Shown here: positions 37,770-48,513 of the stretch, in pieces
Numbering within the stretch: the stretch's first letter is position 1
Layout: the number at the start of each line of letters is the position of its first letter
Origin: Polymyxa betae A26-41
Taxonomy: Eukaryota; Protista; Endomyxa: Phytomyxea
Assembly (NCBI GenBank): GCA_003693705.1
Contig: RBZT01000125.1
Location: 372,001-436,000, forward strand
Direction of reading: 5' to 3'
DNA length: 64,000 nt
The notes under the pieces: generated by a model
What the model was told of the DNA's origin: nothing
The model's input: the letters and a program-made list of their open reading frames with translations, nothing else
Database searches by the model: none
Position numbers and translations under genes: made by a program

Positions 37770-39173
37770 ATGTTGCGGTTGCAGCGCCATGACCCAATGC
37801 CGGATATCATTCCCGCTGGCAAGCAAATCGTGAAGTCGTCTTTGGATTCCGTTTATGAGCCATTGGTACAGGCAGCAGCTTCAACAGATGACAACTTGCC
37901 AGTGAAAGCACATGGGCGCAACGATCCGAATTTGAAGCAGCATCGTTTCGGTGTGCAGTCTGCAAAGGGCTCCGACAATTGCTTTGATTTGCTTCACAAT
38001 GCTGAATTGAGTGACATCGGACAGTATTTCATGGATAAGAAAGAATCGATATACAACTCCCGGCAAAAGGTATTGCCTCGTATACATCAAACAGATTGAT
38101 TGTGAAGATCTACAGAAACCTCTGGGTCGAGCACCCTCAAAAGCCAACGATCTTCCAGAAAAAGTTTTTCATCAGAAATTCCGGTTCGGTTCCATATCGG
38201 AGGAAGGCGAAAGCATGGACAAGATTTTGTTCCCTGAAGAAGGTGCCGATTTCTATCGCAAAAGCGATTCTGGCGAGTTCTCCCATCTGGACAAAGACCG
38301 TCGTAAATGTATCACTCGAAATTGGCGATCTTTCGTCAATAACAACTGTAACAGGGCGGCTCTCGAATGGTTGCAGCATTGATCCAGAAAGTTATCGGTT
38401 TGGTGCCCCAGCAAATGGATCTGAAGATACTGCTGCTGACTTGCTCGCTCCAAAACGGTCGTTGTTAATCGGCATGCGCCGTCGCGAGGACCATAAAGCT
38501 GCACATCAACATGTGGTTGGTCGGTCTGGCCGTCCATCGTGAGATTGAGTTGAGTTGTCTGTGTAAAAATACGAAGTGATTGTGTGCAGAAAACCTCTAC
38601 GAGAACTAACCGATCACGCTTTTGGACTGCCGTCCAAGTCTGCAAAAGAAGAGCAGAACTGGGGCGCCAAGGAATGTTTATCCGGGTACTCGCTGCACGA
38701 TGACGCCTTTGGTGAATCTCGTCCAAAAGCCAACTATTGCGATATGATAGCTGCCGGAACCCCATCCATCCAGACAGATCGAAAGCCCCCACGAATTCGT
38801 TCTTTGGCGAACACCATTGTAAGGCCGATTGGCGGTTGTGCGCTCATGGTTAGCTGGTTGATACTTGGTCAAAGAATTATGGGGATTGCCCTAGGGCACA
38901 CGAACTTCTATATCCGCCCAAGTTCTCTTCTAATGGAATCATGGATAGCGATTTCTCAGATCAGCGCCGTCTGGATGATCTCAGACAACTGTTTAACGGC
39001 GCTGGAATGGAAGTTACCGATATTGAGTTCGATCAGATTAAGAGAAGGCTAGATAGCTCAATGTAAGGCCACAAGCTTGGATATAGCACTAGGGTGGCTC
39101 ATATGGCGTTATCAGATACTCTGACATTCTCTCGTATCAGAAAGCGTATAATCAGGTGAAGAATATCTCATAA
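37770..39173 (+). CDS. EFHB: EFHB/CFAP21-like flagellar protein; 3' end approximate
   Basis: KKESIY.S..KPLGR; FRFG/YRFG/HAFG repeats; GTPSIQTDRKPPRIRSLANT.NYGD..A.ELLYP..F..G..DSDF. Confidence 0.75.
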
Positions 39174-39219
39174 GGTGGTTAAATTACCAGCAAAACAAAC
39201 GTGGTAATAAATATTGGAT

Positions 39220-41694
39220 TTATATACAGGTGTTGAGGTTCTTTCTTTGGGCCAGAATCAAAGTCAGCTGCTTCAAGCGCGCCTTGATCACAGAACGAGT
39301 ATAACCGGGTCTCTGAAATAATGATATACTGTTGATTGGCCATAAATTGACATCGGAACCTGTCAACAATGTCAATCGTTGCAGCAAGCAGAAATGTGAA
39401 AAACCACCATGGTGCTTTGCAGCAATTAGAATTTCGCGATCCGATGCTTTGTCGAACGTGACATCGACGCCCTGGGTTTGCGGGCTGGCGCCAACCGAAG
39501 CGGGCGAGTCGAACCTTGCCGCCCAACTTGGCTCTTTTGGCAGCGATAAACCGTGAAGAGGTAATGCATGTAATTCAGGCAGCGGAGAACGCGCGTCGGA
39601 GTCGATATTCGCGATGGGAGACAGCTCCAATGTAGCTCGTACAAGGCGAGTGGCATCGTCTAATGCAGATTGATGCACATTCTCGCTAAATGTTCGATTC
39701 GTTCTAACTGGCGAACACTCATTCACGGTAGATGCGGCATGATTATCATCTTGTTGCTGATTACCAGCCTTGAACAACCGCAAATATTCCCTATCGTAAA
39801 AAGCACAGAAATGTTACGAAGGACCCCATGTGCAACGCGAAGGTTACCTTCGAACCATTTTCCTATCTCTGTGAGGAAGGAATTCTTTGACAATACGACT
39901 CCATTGATTCCCATACAACCTGACGCCCTGGGAGTTCATTATAAATCTTTCACAGATCCCCTATCAACGTATTGTACCTGTTGGACTAAATCGAACTCTT
40001 GAGCTGTCAGATGGAGCGAGTCCTTCTTTAGATCCGAATTCGTATTCTGCTAAAATTCAGTGACTTATTGCTAATACGCCTTCCTATTACGAAAGCGCCC
40101 TTGACGAAATCCCCCTTTCTGAACAGCGTCTTGTACCTGACGCGAGCCTGCTGGACAGAACGACCGGGAATATAACGACTGCATATCCTCTCCCAATCTG
40201 GTGATAACGGGGACAGGATATTACGAACTGCAGAAGCAGCTCGAGCATATCCGAACTTTTGTAATCCCAATCGCAGTAGCTCATCCTCGGCCTGAGTAAA
40301 CTTCGTGGCCTTTGAAACGATCGGCAGCTGCGTTTCCGAAAAGGGCGGCGCCAGAGTTCTGTCGATATTTTCGGGGCCTAACACAACGAACGCCTCCCGT
40401 AAAGATCTAATAGGGACTGAATGCTTTGCCCAGATGGCAAGCGCAGGAATGTCGATAATCGGAGGTCGATCGCTGATCTCGCCTGGAAGTGCCGAATGCC
40501 AGGCTGACCTGGTAATTACTGACGTCTGACGCCCCGGTAATGTTGATGAATCAGGAGGCAGCGGTAGTTCCAGCCTTGCTCGTGTTCGTTCTTCCAGGAG
40601 ACGTCTCTGTTGAAAAAGTTGGTATCACGTCAGCAATGAATTCTCAATTAAATGAATACCATCATGAGTGAGGTCAAATCAAACACTTCTTGATTTCTGG
40701 TTCCGGGACTACTGGCGATAATGTTAACCTGAAGTAGTGTCTGAAACAGCTCCGTAAATTGACGACGAATTGCTGCACGATGGTGGTCTAGGGCTACAAA
40801 ACGGGAGATGGGCATTTGTGGCGCTAGAGAAATGTATCAGAAAATCGCATTCCCCCAAGGCGAACATTTACCTGCGTTAACGCTTGCCGAGTTCTGCATT
40901 CGCTGTTGCGATTGAAGATCGCGGCACTCTTTCAGTGTCACACGTTTAGGAGAGCTGTCCTCTTCGAAATCTGATTCGAGCCCGGCTTCACTGAATGTGA
41001 ACGACTCGTCATCGTCAACGCCATTATCGTTCTCTAAAAAGACAATATTTCAGGGTGAAAAAAGGATATTATGCTGGGTTAAGACCTGAGAAGTTGCCGT
41101 CTGCAAGGATTCCAGATAGGAACTGGTAGTATTCTTCAGATAATCTTTGTTCTTCGATATGACAATCGGCAATTTCACTCGGGCTGAAATTTACCAATCT
41201 GTTCTCAGCCTCCTCGTAGGATGTATTAAGACAGAGATCAGCGTCCTCGTAAGATGTATTCAAGCATATAGAATTGTTAACGTCATTGTTTTCATATGAA
41301 TTATAAACATGGATGTGGCCATTATTGCCATACGAATTGCTGTATTGCGACGACTGAAAGACTTGATCAACCGAATTCGTAAAATCTAATCATCGTCAAA
41401 AACAAAAACCAAAATCTCACCAAACTCAGTACTTCGGGTGATAGCAGGCATCAAGCTATTTTCGGTAGGGCATAAATCCTGGGAGACGTTGCCATTTCTC
41501 GACACTTGCGGCTGAACGCTTCTGAAAGCGTGCCCCTGGGCAAAGTTAAGCTGATTTGACCTATCAAAGCAATGACCATCTAAATCCATACACACAAACT
41601 CGGAAACCAGCTACCTGGGGCTATTCGAAGTTGATGAGGCGCTAACCAAAGTCATGCCACCGAAGGGGACTCCGGTCGAGCTAGGCTCCTCCAT
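39220..41694 (-). CDS. GON4L/YARP/DUO3-like nuclear protein with internal Myb-like repeats and a C-terminal FLASH/YARP-type SANT domain
   Basis: EEYYQFLSGIL, IRRQFTELFQTLLQ, FTQAEDELLRLGLQKFG..DWERICSRYIP, FDKASDREIL..VIKARLKQL. Confidence 0.72.
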
Positions 41695-42159
41695 CAGTTA
41701 CAGATTTTGGTAAACACTACTGCTGCCTCTGTTGGTTAAACGAATATGCAAGACTGGCACGTTGTCTGGCTGTTGCTGGAACAAGCAGGCAGGATTCAAC
41801 TCCGCGATGCCGACACCCTCAATCTCTTGCCTTTTCCATCACGCTTCCATCCTCTTATACCACTTGAATTTTGACTACTCACTGCTTCTCGTTCGTGCAT
41901 TTATCAGCACAAGAATATCAAGATTGAGGTCATAGCAGCATCGACCTGGAAGCAGGGACCTGCATTGGCATCGATTGCACGCAATAGAGGCATTCTATTA
42001 ACAATGACGGTTTGTCTCATCTATTGTTTCCAATGGCACAGAGATGGCTGCCTGCCACCCCACGACCCCATGGGCTGAGAGGAGGCCTCGTGGTCGATGT
42101 GCAACCACATAGGCCCTATCACATGTCACGGAGGTCCCCTGATCCACGTCATAACAATA

Positions 42160-43095
42160 ATGTCGCTGGTCGTCGTCATCAGCTTGGTCGCTGCTTTGTA
42201 TACGAATGCTGCTGAGCCAGGCTGCACTGACAGGCATGACATCGTTGCTGATTTTGCCGATCCTATTCGATTCCAGCAAGGACTCTGTAATCTGATGACT
42301 GAAATCGACCATTCGGGCGATAGAGAATTCAGCCTCTTTCAAAGGGTCGAGCAAGCTCGGCCTTGGAACGGTGTGCATATACCGATGGTGTGTTTGAAGC
42401 CGAGACAGTCTAGTGCCTTGGAGATTCCCTTTCCGGAGAAATTCGACTCCCAACCAGATGTATTCGATAATGCTTCATGGATTGAAATTACTGATTTATT
42501 ATTAGGGTCTCCCATATACATCACTTGAATTTTATGCAATTGCGCCAAAAGAACGAGCGAAACTATATGTAAGCTCTTATTTTAAAACGATTTTGCAATA
42601 ACCGTGGTGCAGGTAAAATTGCTAAGCGACCAATCAGTTACTTGGGAATATGAAGCTCCAGATAATCAGATGCACCGTATCAGAATCTGGCTTAGGAGTA
42701 AATTGACCCAAGAAACAACTTCAATTCTCTTCACAGATTTTTCCAATATCGGGGAAAGCTACTATATCGGAAAAATAAGTTTAGTTCGAAACTGCTCAGT
42801 CGCAATCCCAGATGGGGCAATATCCTATGCAAAAAGATTGAAAGAATCAAAGTCAGTCATTTCTTCGGGCAAATCAGCATCGCTTCTTTGGTTGCTTCCC
42901 GTGATAATCGGCGTCTTTTTATTGTTAGCCATCGGTGTGAAGACGTTCCTTGCGCGCAGGTCTAAAATTCGTGCGCTTCGTCGTGGAATGAATGATGTGT
43001 TGGAAAAAGAGGATGATTTCAGATTAAATCCATGGGCACATAGCACTAATGCTGATGCATATCCGACCCAAGTTGCTGAGACTATTAATGCATAA
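42160..43095 (+). CDS. Orphan type I membrane protein (signal peptide, Cys-containing ectodomain, single TM)
   Basis: MSLVVVISLVAALYTNA signal; TM LLWLLPVIIGVFLLLAIGV followed by basic residues; about 2 short introns. Confidence 0.6.
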
Positions 43096-43235
43096 TTATA
43101 ATCAATACAAATGTCTAAAACTGTTATTATTTATACTCCGTATTGATTTATTTTCCTTCTATTAATTCGACATTTGAAAACAACAAGAATAATAATAAAA
43201 AACGTCGTTTTATTTTCAGAAAGAATCTATTAAGA

Positions 43236-44690
43236 TTAAGCAGATGGAGCGGTATTTGCGAAAGACCGATCGATATCACTAATATTGGCAACAGCGGCTG
43301 TACGACGGACTGTCTTCATAGTTTTTTCAAGATTGCTGGCATCAACTTGCTCATTGCGAACAATGATGTTCCCGAACCGCGTAATCTGCTCCTCGTTTGG
43401 CCGAGAAGCGTTAACGACCTCATCTTCATTATCATCCTCAAAACGCTGATTACGTTCCGGTTCGGCAGTAGAAGATCGTTTAGACGGAGCCTTAGCGGGA
43501 GAACTCTGTTGCGATGGCTGTTGCTGGCCACCGAAGATAAAGTTAGCGAACGAACTGATGCGCTTGCCAAGAGCCGCATTCTCATCCCCGTTTTCGCTAA
43601 TGTTGCGAGGGGTGCTGTTAATACTGGTGATAGGTTCCTCGCGGTTCGGCTCGTCTTGGCGAACGAATTCAGAGGTCTGACGGACTGGACGGAGATCTCG
43701 AACAGGACGAATGCCAAGTTCACTGATTGGAACCGGCAGGGTGTACTCGAACAATGCCGGCCGCTCCAAGTGAGGAGTCGGCATTTGTCGGCACGTGTTA
43801 ATGAACACTGATCGGCAAACAGCATCGTCAATACCGGCAACACCGGTCATGATTTCCATGGCCAGCTCGGTCATAACAGATCCCATCGTTTTGACTTGAC
43901 TGGCGAAAGTGGTCAATGTCTCTCGAGTAATTTCGATACGTTTGGTCTCCAGTATCTCAAGCTTGTTCTTCAAGAGTGGTCGTTGAGCCATGTACTTCGT
44001 CAACCATGCGTTAGCTTCATCAATCTGCTCCACGTACTTGACGATCGTTGGGGCAGCTCGACGAACAGCATGGCCTTTGCGAGCAGGCGTCTGATCGAAA
44101 TATTCAGGAGTCATGACGACGGAAAGCGCCTTGTAGCATTTGGCTTGGCGCTTGGCGATGCTCGTGTGGAAAATAGAAAGCGCTTTGTTCAGCTCAACAT
44201 TCCAAATAGCACTTTCTTTCAAACGCTGTCGGCCACCGATGACGACTTTGTCGAGAGGACTAATTAGGCGGCCAATGGCGGCGCTCATCTCTTTAGTAGA
44301 TTGCGACCACGTCCGACATAATCGCATCGCTAGTTGAAGCTGCGTCCAATATTCCCGATAAATAGCAGCCTCTTCAGCAGCAGGCCTAGCGCGAGCCAGT
44401 TCCCCAGCAGAAATTGCAGCTAGTTTCTCTGCGAACTCAATCTGAGCAGCGTTCAAAGCCTTCATGAAGGACACCATTCGCTCAGAAAGGGTGGCACCAC
44501 ATTGGGTTTGACGCGTCACCATCCAGAAATCAGCCTCGGTTCCAAGAGGAACCAAAGGTGTCTCATTAATTCCTGTGTCAAGACTCTCTGCACCATTAGG
44601 AAGATTCGAACCTTCAGAGATAATCTCGACGCAGGATTCCGAATCGGAAGACGAAACGTATTCCTGATCTTGTTGGTTATTTGAAGACAT
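43236..44690 (-). CDS. F-BAR (FCH) domain protein, intronless
   Basis: F..V..GATLSERMVSFMKALNAAQIEFAEKL; YVEQIDEAN..Y..LEILETKRIE..F; P..FEY; disordered tail. Confidence 0.72.
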   Translation of the reverse strand: MSSNNQQDQEYVSSSDSESCVEIISEGSNLPNGAESLDTGINETPLVPLGTEADFWMVTRQTQCGATLSERMVSFMKALNAAQIEFAEKLAAISAGELARARPAAEEAAIYREYWTQLQLAMRLCRTWSQSTKEMSAAIGRLISPLDKVVIGGRQRLKESAIWNVELNKALSIFHTSIAKRQAKCYKALSVVMTPEYFDQTPARKGHAVRRAAPTIVKYVEQIDEANAWLTKYMAQRPLLKNKLEILETKRIEITRETLTTFASQVKTMGSVMTELAMEIMTGVAGIDDAVCRSVFINTCRQMPTPHLERPALFEYTLPVPISELGIRPVRDLRPVRQTSEFVRQDEPNREEPITSINSTPRNISENGDENAALGKRISSFANFIFGGQQQPSQQSSPAKAPSKRSSTAEPERNQRFEDDNEDEVVNASRPNEEQITRFGNIIVRNEQVDASNLEKTMKTVRRTAAVANISDIDRSFANTAPSA

Positions 44691-44881
44691 AGTTCGGATT
44701 AGGTTGCGGGGAGAAGCAATTACAAAAATTGATAAAATACAACAATGGCTTCTGGTCCTGCTCGGAGAACGAAAGAGAACGTTGAGTATGACTCAACGGG
44801 AAGTAGGCGTCATGATATGAATTAGTCAGACCAGCGAAACGGTTGAGTCATCCGAATTCCAAGGGAACTTTGAGAGAACCT

Positions 44882-45585
44882 TCAAGGGTTCTGATGCAAA
44901 TCGTCTAAGAACTGTTCAAGATCAACAGTGTTCTGGTCATGCAATACGTTGTCAACGATTATAGCGGTAGTTCCGAATGTCAGAAGAGAATCCGAATGGG
45001 CTAATCGTCGAGACGGAATCTAAAAAAGGTTTGAATAGAGAGAATGATAAAAGTCGTTCATCTTACTGGATCCTCACAATTGTCGTCAAATAAGTGCACA
45101 GACTTATTCCGAATAGCAGCAACTGGAGGGAAAGGTTCAATCAGCGTATCAGGAACCGTATGGTGGGCCTGCTTGGGCATATCTTGAAAGAAGCAGTTAT
45201 TTGGTTTACTTTTCGTGAAGGCAGCAGTCGCTTGAGGTCTCTTTTCAGTTGGAATCATCTGAAATTTCTGAAATTCAGCAGCGGCTGATTCCGTATTTGA
45301 AAACTGAAAGAATCCGTCTACAGTGTCTCCATTTTTAACATTTAGCCGCTGCTTCTTATGATTAGGCTCGTTAACACCCGATTTGAAATGACCCGATACA
45401 ATCGAATGAATCCCCCGAAGTATCATATCAGCGTCGAAGCATTTCAGGGGGTCGACTGATTCAGTGAGCCTCTGCGATGGCAGGCGGGATCGCAGCAGCG
45501 AGGCGACATCGTCCAGGTTGCGAGACTCCAGCCAGTTCAAGATAGTGGCAGCGGTCATTGCATCATCTGGGCTCAAGACCACCAT
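44882..45585 (-). CDS. Small LisH protein, NPAT-like (218 aa; exons 45585-45067 and 45019-44882)
   Basis: N-terminal LisH-like AATILNWLESRNLDDVASLL; 47-bp phase-0 GT-AG intron; C-terminus VDLEQFLDDLHQNP*. Confidence 0.55.
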
Positions 45586-45948
45586 TGAAATCAGCAATGT
45601 AAAGGATAAACCAATCTGATTGATATTTTTGTCCGTCGACAAATTAGGGAGGCTTCCTGGTACACCTTATACATGGCCTTATTTCTCATATAGCATAGAT
45701 CATACGATTCTGGAAGTACAGCACAGATGGCAGCAACAACCATCACCAGATTCTGCTCTCTTGGCGATTAGCGCTGATTGCCTCCTAAACCTGAATGAAA
45801 CGCCTGGATAGTTGATGTTGACGAGTGCAGGAAACATTCTCGCTCAGATTGACAGACTTGACCGTTGAAGATTAAATCAATTCGAAATCGGAACTGTTTC
45901 CATCATTCTACATCATGCAGGACCACCCTTTTTAGTCGGCTTAGATTG

Positions 45949-47925
45949 ATGTCAGTTTTTGTTCCCAATCTCATGAAGCGCGAGTTTCTTCTAATTGCTG
46001 CTGCAATCTGCGTAATCATCGTGATCGCTGTGGCGTGCTCAACTTCTGGAGCTGCCGATCATGACCGTTTGGGGAGTCGATCTACCAAGAATGTACACCA
46101 GATAATCAAAATGCTGAATTTAGGAAAGGTTTCAGATGTTGATATCATAACATGGCGATTGATAGCCGTATATGCGAGCAAAACTGGAAAATGGCAATCT
46201 GTGAAGCTAATTTTGGATCGAATAACTGGCATCATTGGACATTCTCCAACGCTGGCAATTCTTTATATAGAATGTCATCGATCAGATTCAGCGTGCCATT
46301 TACTGGACAGACTGCAGACGTCATTGGATGAGAATGCGGCTGCCTTCATTCTACAGTATGGATTCCAGAATGGAGATTTCGACATTCTCAAGCTGATTCT
46401 AACGAAATTCGCAAATTCTGTGGAGACTCGGTTACGAGCTGGCCAATTACTTCAAGTTGCAGTTGCTAATAGAATCTTAGACGCCATAGAACCATTGAAT
46501 GGATTCTGCTTTTATTTCGATCGTGAAGCCGCTATTCAGACGGCTGTTCACTTATGTGATCTGGATTTAATTGTGGCTCTGGATGCCATCGATCAAGAGC
46601 GGCAATGGCGCTACAGTCTTGGACTTGCAGCGATGTTCGCGGCTTATGACGACCGCAATGAGAATCTGAGCTGGCACATTTATCAACATTTCTCTTTATC
46701 AACTGAACTTCATGACGCGGGCCGATTTGCCAACGTACTCTACCGCAAATGGTATTTTACAAGTAGAGATTGTGGCAAATCCTGGCACTATCAATTAACG
46801 CATCCAACACCTCCAGAGATTACAAGCAGTTCAGCAGAAGATAGAAGCAATTATCATTCAATCCAGCAATCATTAATTGATGGAATCATTCGTGGTGATC
46901 TGCCATCTATCGAGATCGCACTGTCTGAAATCCGACAGAGCAGCGACCTGTATGCGAATGCATTGATTGCGGGCTGTATTGTAGCCAGTAACCATAACCA
47001 GGAGGAGATTCTGCACCGATTAATGCAGTTAACCGATGAGAGAATTCGAGCTGGTATCATATTGGTATGTGGTCATACACGAAATCTACATTTACTCAAG
47101 TCGGCTATCGGTCTGCCACCTATTTGCGGATCGAGGCTCATGCAATCGGAAGTTGGACGGTTGATGGAAAGAGCTGTGATTATTGGAGACAAGGAGGTCT
47201 TCTCTATTGTCTTGCAATTTAAGGATCGAGACACAGCCAGTATGTGTGGCATGATTCGCGCTGCTGTATATGCTATACGTCATGGTGATAAATATTGGAC
47301 TGATGCTATGTTTCAAGAACTATCGATCTTGGAGCTTCGACATGTCAATCGGTTGCTGCTTCATATTATTGGAGCCGCATTAGAGACTGAACGGTATCAA
47401 TTAGCATTTGATTACTGGCGATTGCGATTTGAGCTGAACGAGCGCTCGGCCGAAATCCGCCACAATGCCCGAAGAGATCGTGAATATGCAAACGATAACG
47501 ATCGAGTTGGGGCTCCAGCATCAGATAGATATATGAAGCTCGGTTTTGCACTAATGATGTCAAGTATTCCAGCATTAGAACCACTTCCTGAACTGCTGCA
47601 AAAGATATCAAAAACAGGATACAAATATGATCTGCAGCACTGTGAGACCATTCTAATGCATTTGAAAGATAATTCCGAGCCATTCTGGACGAGGCCTGAA
47701 CGAGAGCCAGTGCCCAGGAATCTCTTTCTGCCAGATTATTGCAAACAGAGGCGACCAGATTTGTATCCTGAATTTGCTGGAACACCTCCTTTACCTCTTC
47801 CGAATGGTTGGCACGAGCTGGCTAAGGCTGTATTGATGGATTTAGAGGATTGGGGACGAAACGCTCCAGTGCTACGAAGGACAACTGAGGGCATTCCCGA
47901 CCATCTCAGACCAATCAATACATAG
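45949..47925 (+). CDS. Intronless signal/anchor-bearing helical-repeat (degenerate ankyrin-like) protein; candidate effector
   Basis: Hydrophobic FLLIAAAICVIIVIAVAC; repeats such as YGFQNGDFDILKLIL, AVHLCDLDLIVAL, GIIRGDLPSIEIAL, AVIIGDKEVFSIVL. Confidence 0.6.
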   Translation: MSVFVPNLMKREFLLIAAAICVIIVIAVACSTSGAADHDRLGSRSTKNVHQIIKMLNLGKVSDVDIITWRLIAVYASKTGKWQSVKLILDRITGIIGHSPTLAILYIECHRSDSACHLLDRLQTSLDENAAAFILQYGFQNGDFDILKLILTKFANSVETRLRAGQLLQVAVANRILDAIEPLNGFCFYFDREAAIQTAVHLCDLDLIVALDAIDQERQWRYSLGLAAMFAAYDDRNENLSWHIYQHFSLSTELHDAGRFANVLYRKWYFTSRDCGKSWHYQLTHPTPPEITSSSAEDRSNYHSIQQSLIDGIIRGDLPSIEIALSEIRQSSDLYANALIAGCIVASNHNQEEILHRLMQLTDERIRAGIILVCGHTRNLHLLKSAIGLPPICGSRLMQSEVGRLMERAVIIGDKEVFSIVLQFKDRDTASMCGMIRAAVYAIRHGDKYWTDAMFQELSILELRHVNRLLLHIIGAALETERYQLAFDYWRLRFELNERSAEIRHNARRDREYANDNDRVGAPASDRYMKLGFALMMSSIPALEPLPELLQKISKTGYKYDLQHCETILMHLKDNSEPFWTRPEREPVPRNLFLPDYCKQRRPDLYPEFAGTPPLPLPNGWHELAKAVLMDLEDWGRNAPVLRRTTEGIPDHLRPINT

Positions 47926-48513
47926 TTACTATTGCACAATAAAGCGAGAAATTGCAGTCATTGCTGAATCCGTGATAAATTTGCCTATAACAACGGCAAG
48001 TTTTACGTTGGCAGAACCGTTCTTGGCGACATTAAATACATGCGCTGGTCTATGAGTATCATGCCATTCAATTAATCCTTTATGAAAATATGCTTGCCAG
48101 TTCCTAGATTTCATCCTTGACATTACTACTGCTTTCGACTGGATTCAGATCCAAGCAAACACTGCCCTCAGCTTCTGGATTGATGATGACCTGCCAAGTT
48201 GAAACTGCACGAACAAGATCACGAAATGGTTATCGACATTCCAGTATCTGGAAAGATGCACCGCTTCCGTTTGATAGACGAGAGGTTGGCCTGAACGGAG
48301 TTTCTCTGGTAGAAGACGTAAAGGGTTGTGTTACTCCTCTCGACATAATCATCTCTTAGGTCTTCCAAAGTGTCTTTCACTTCATTGCTTTCACTCCAGA
48401 CTTCTGTACGAGAAATCCTCATTGCTTTGACTGCAGACTTCTGTACGAGAAGTCTACTCACTAACTGACACGATTCAAGCGAGTCTTAATCCCGGTGTCA
48501 AACCGCTTGTATT

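Noticed and set aside
48397-48451. Direct repeat CAGACTTCTGTACGAGAA (2 copies) upstream of STT3
   Set aside because: A local duplication with no further evidence of function
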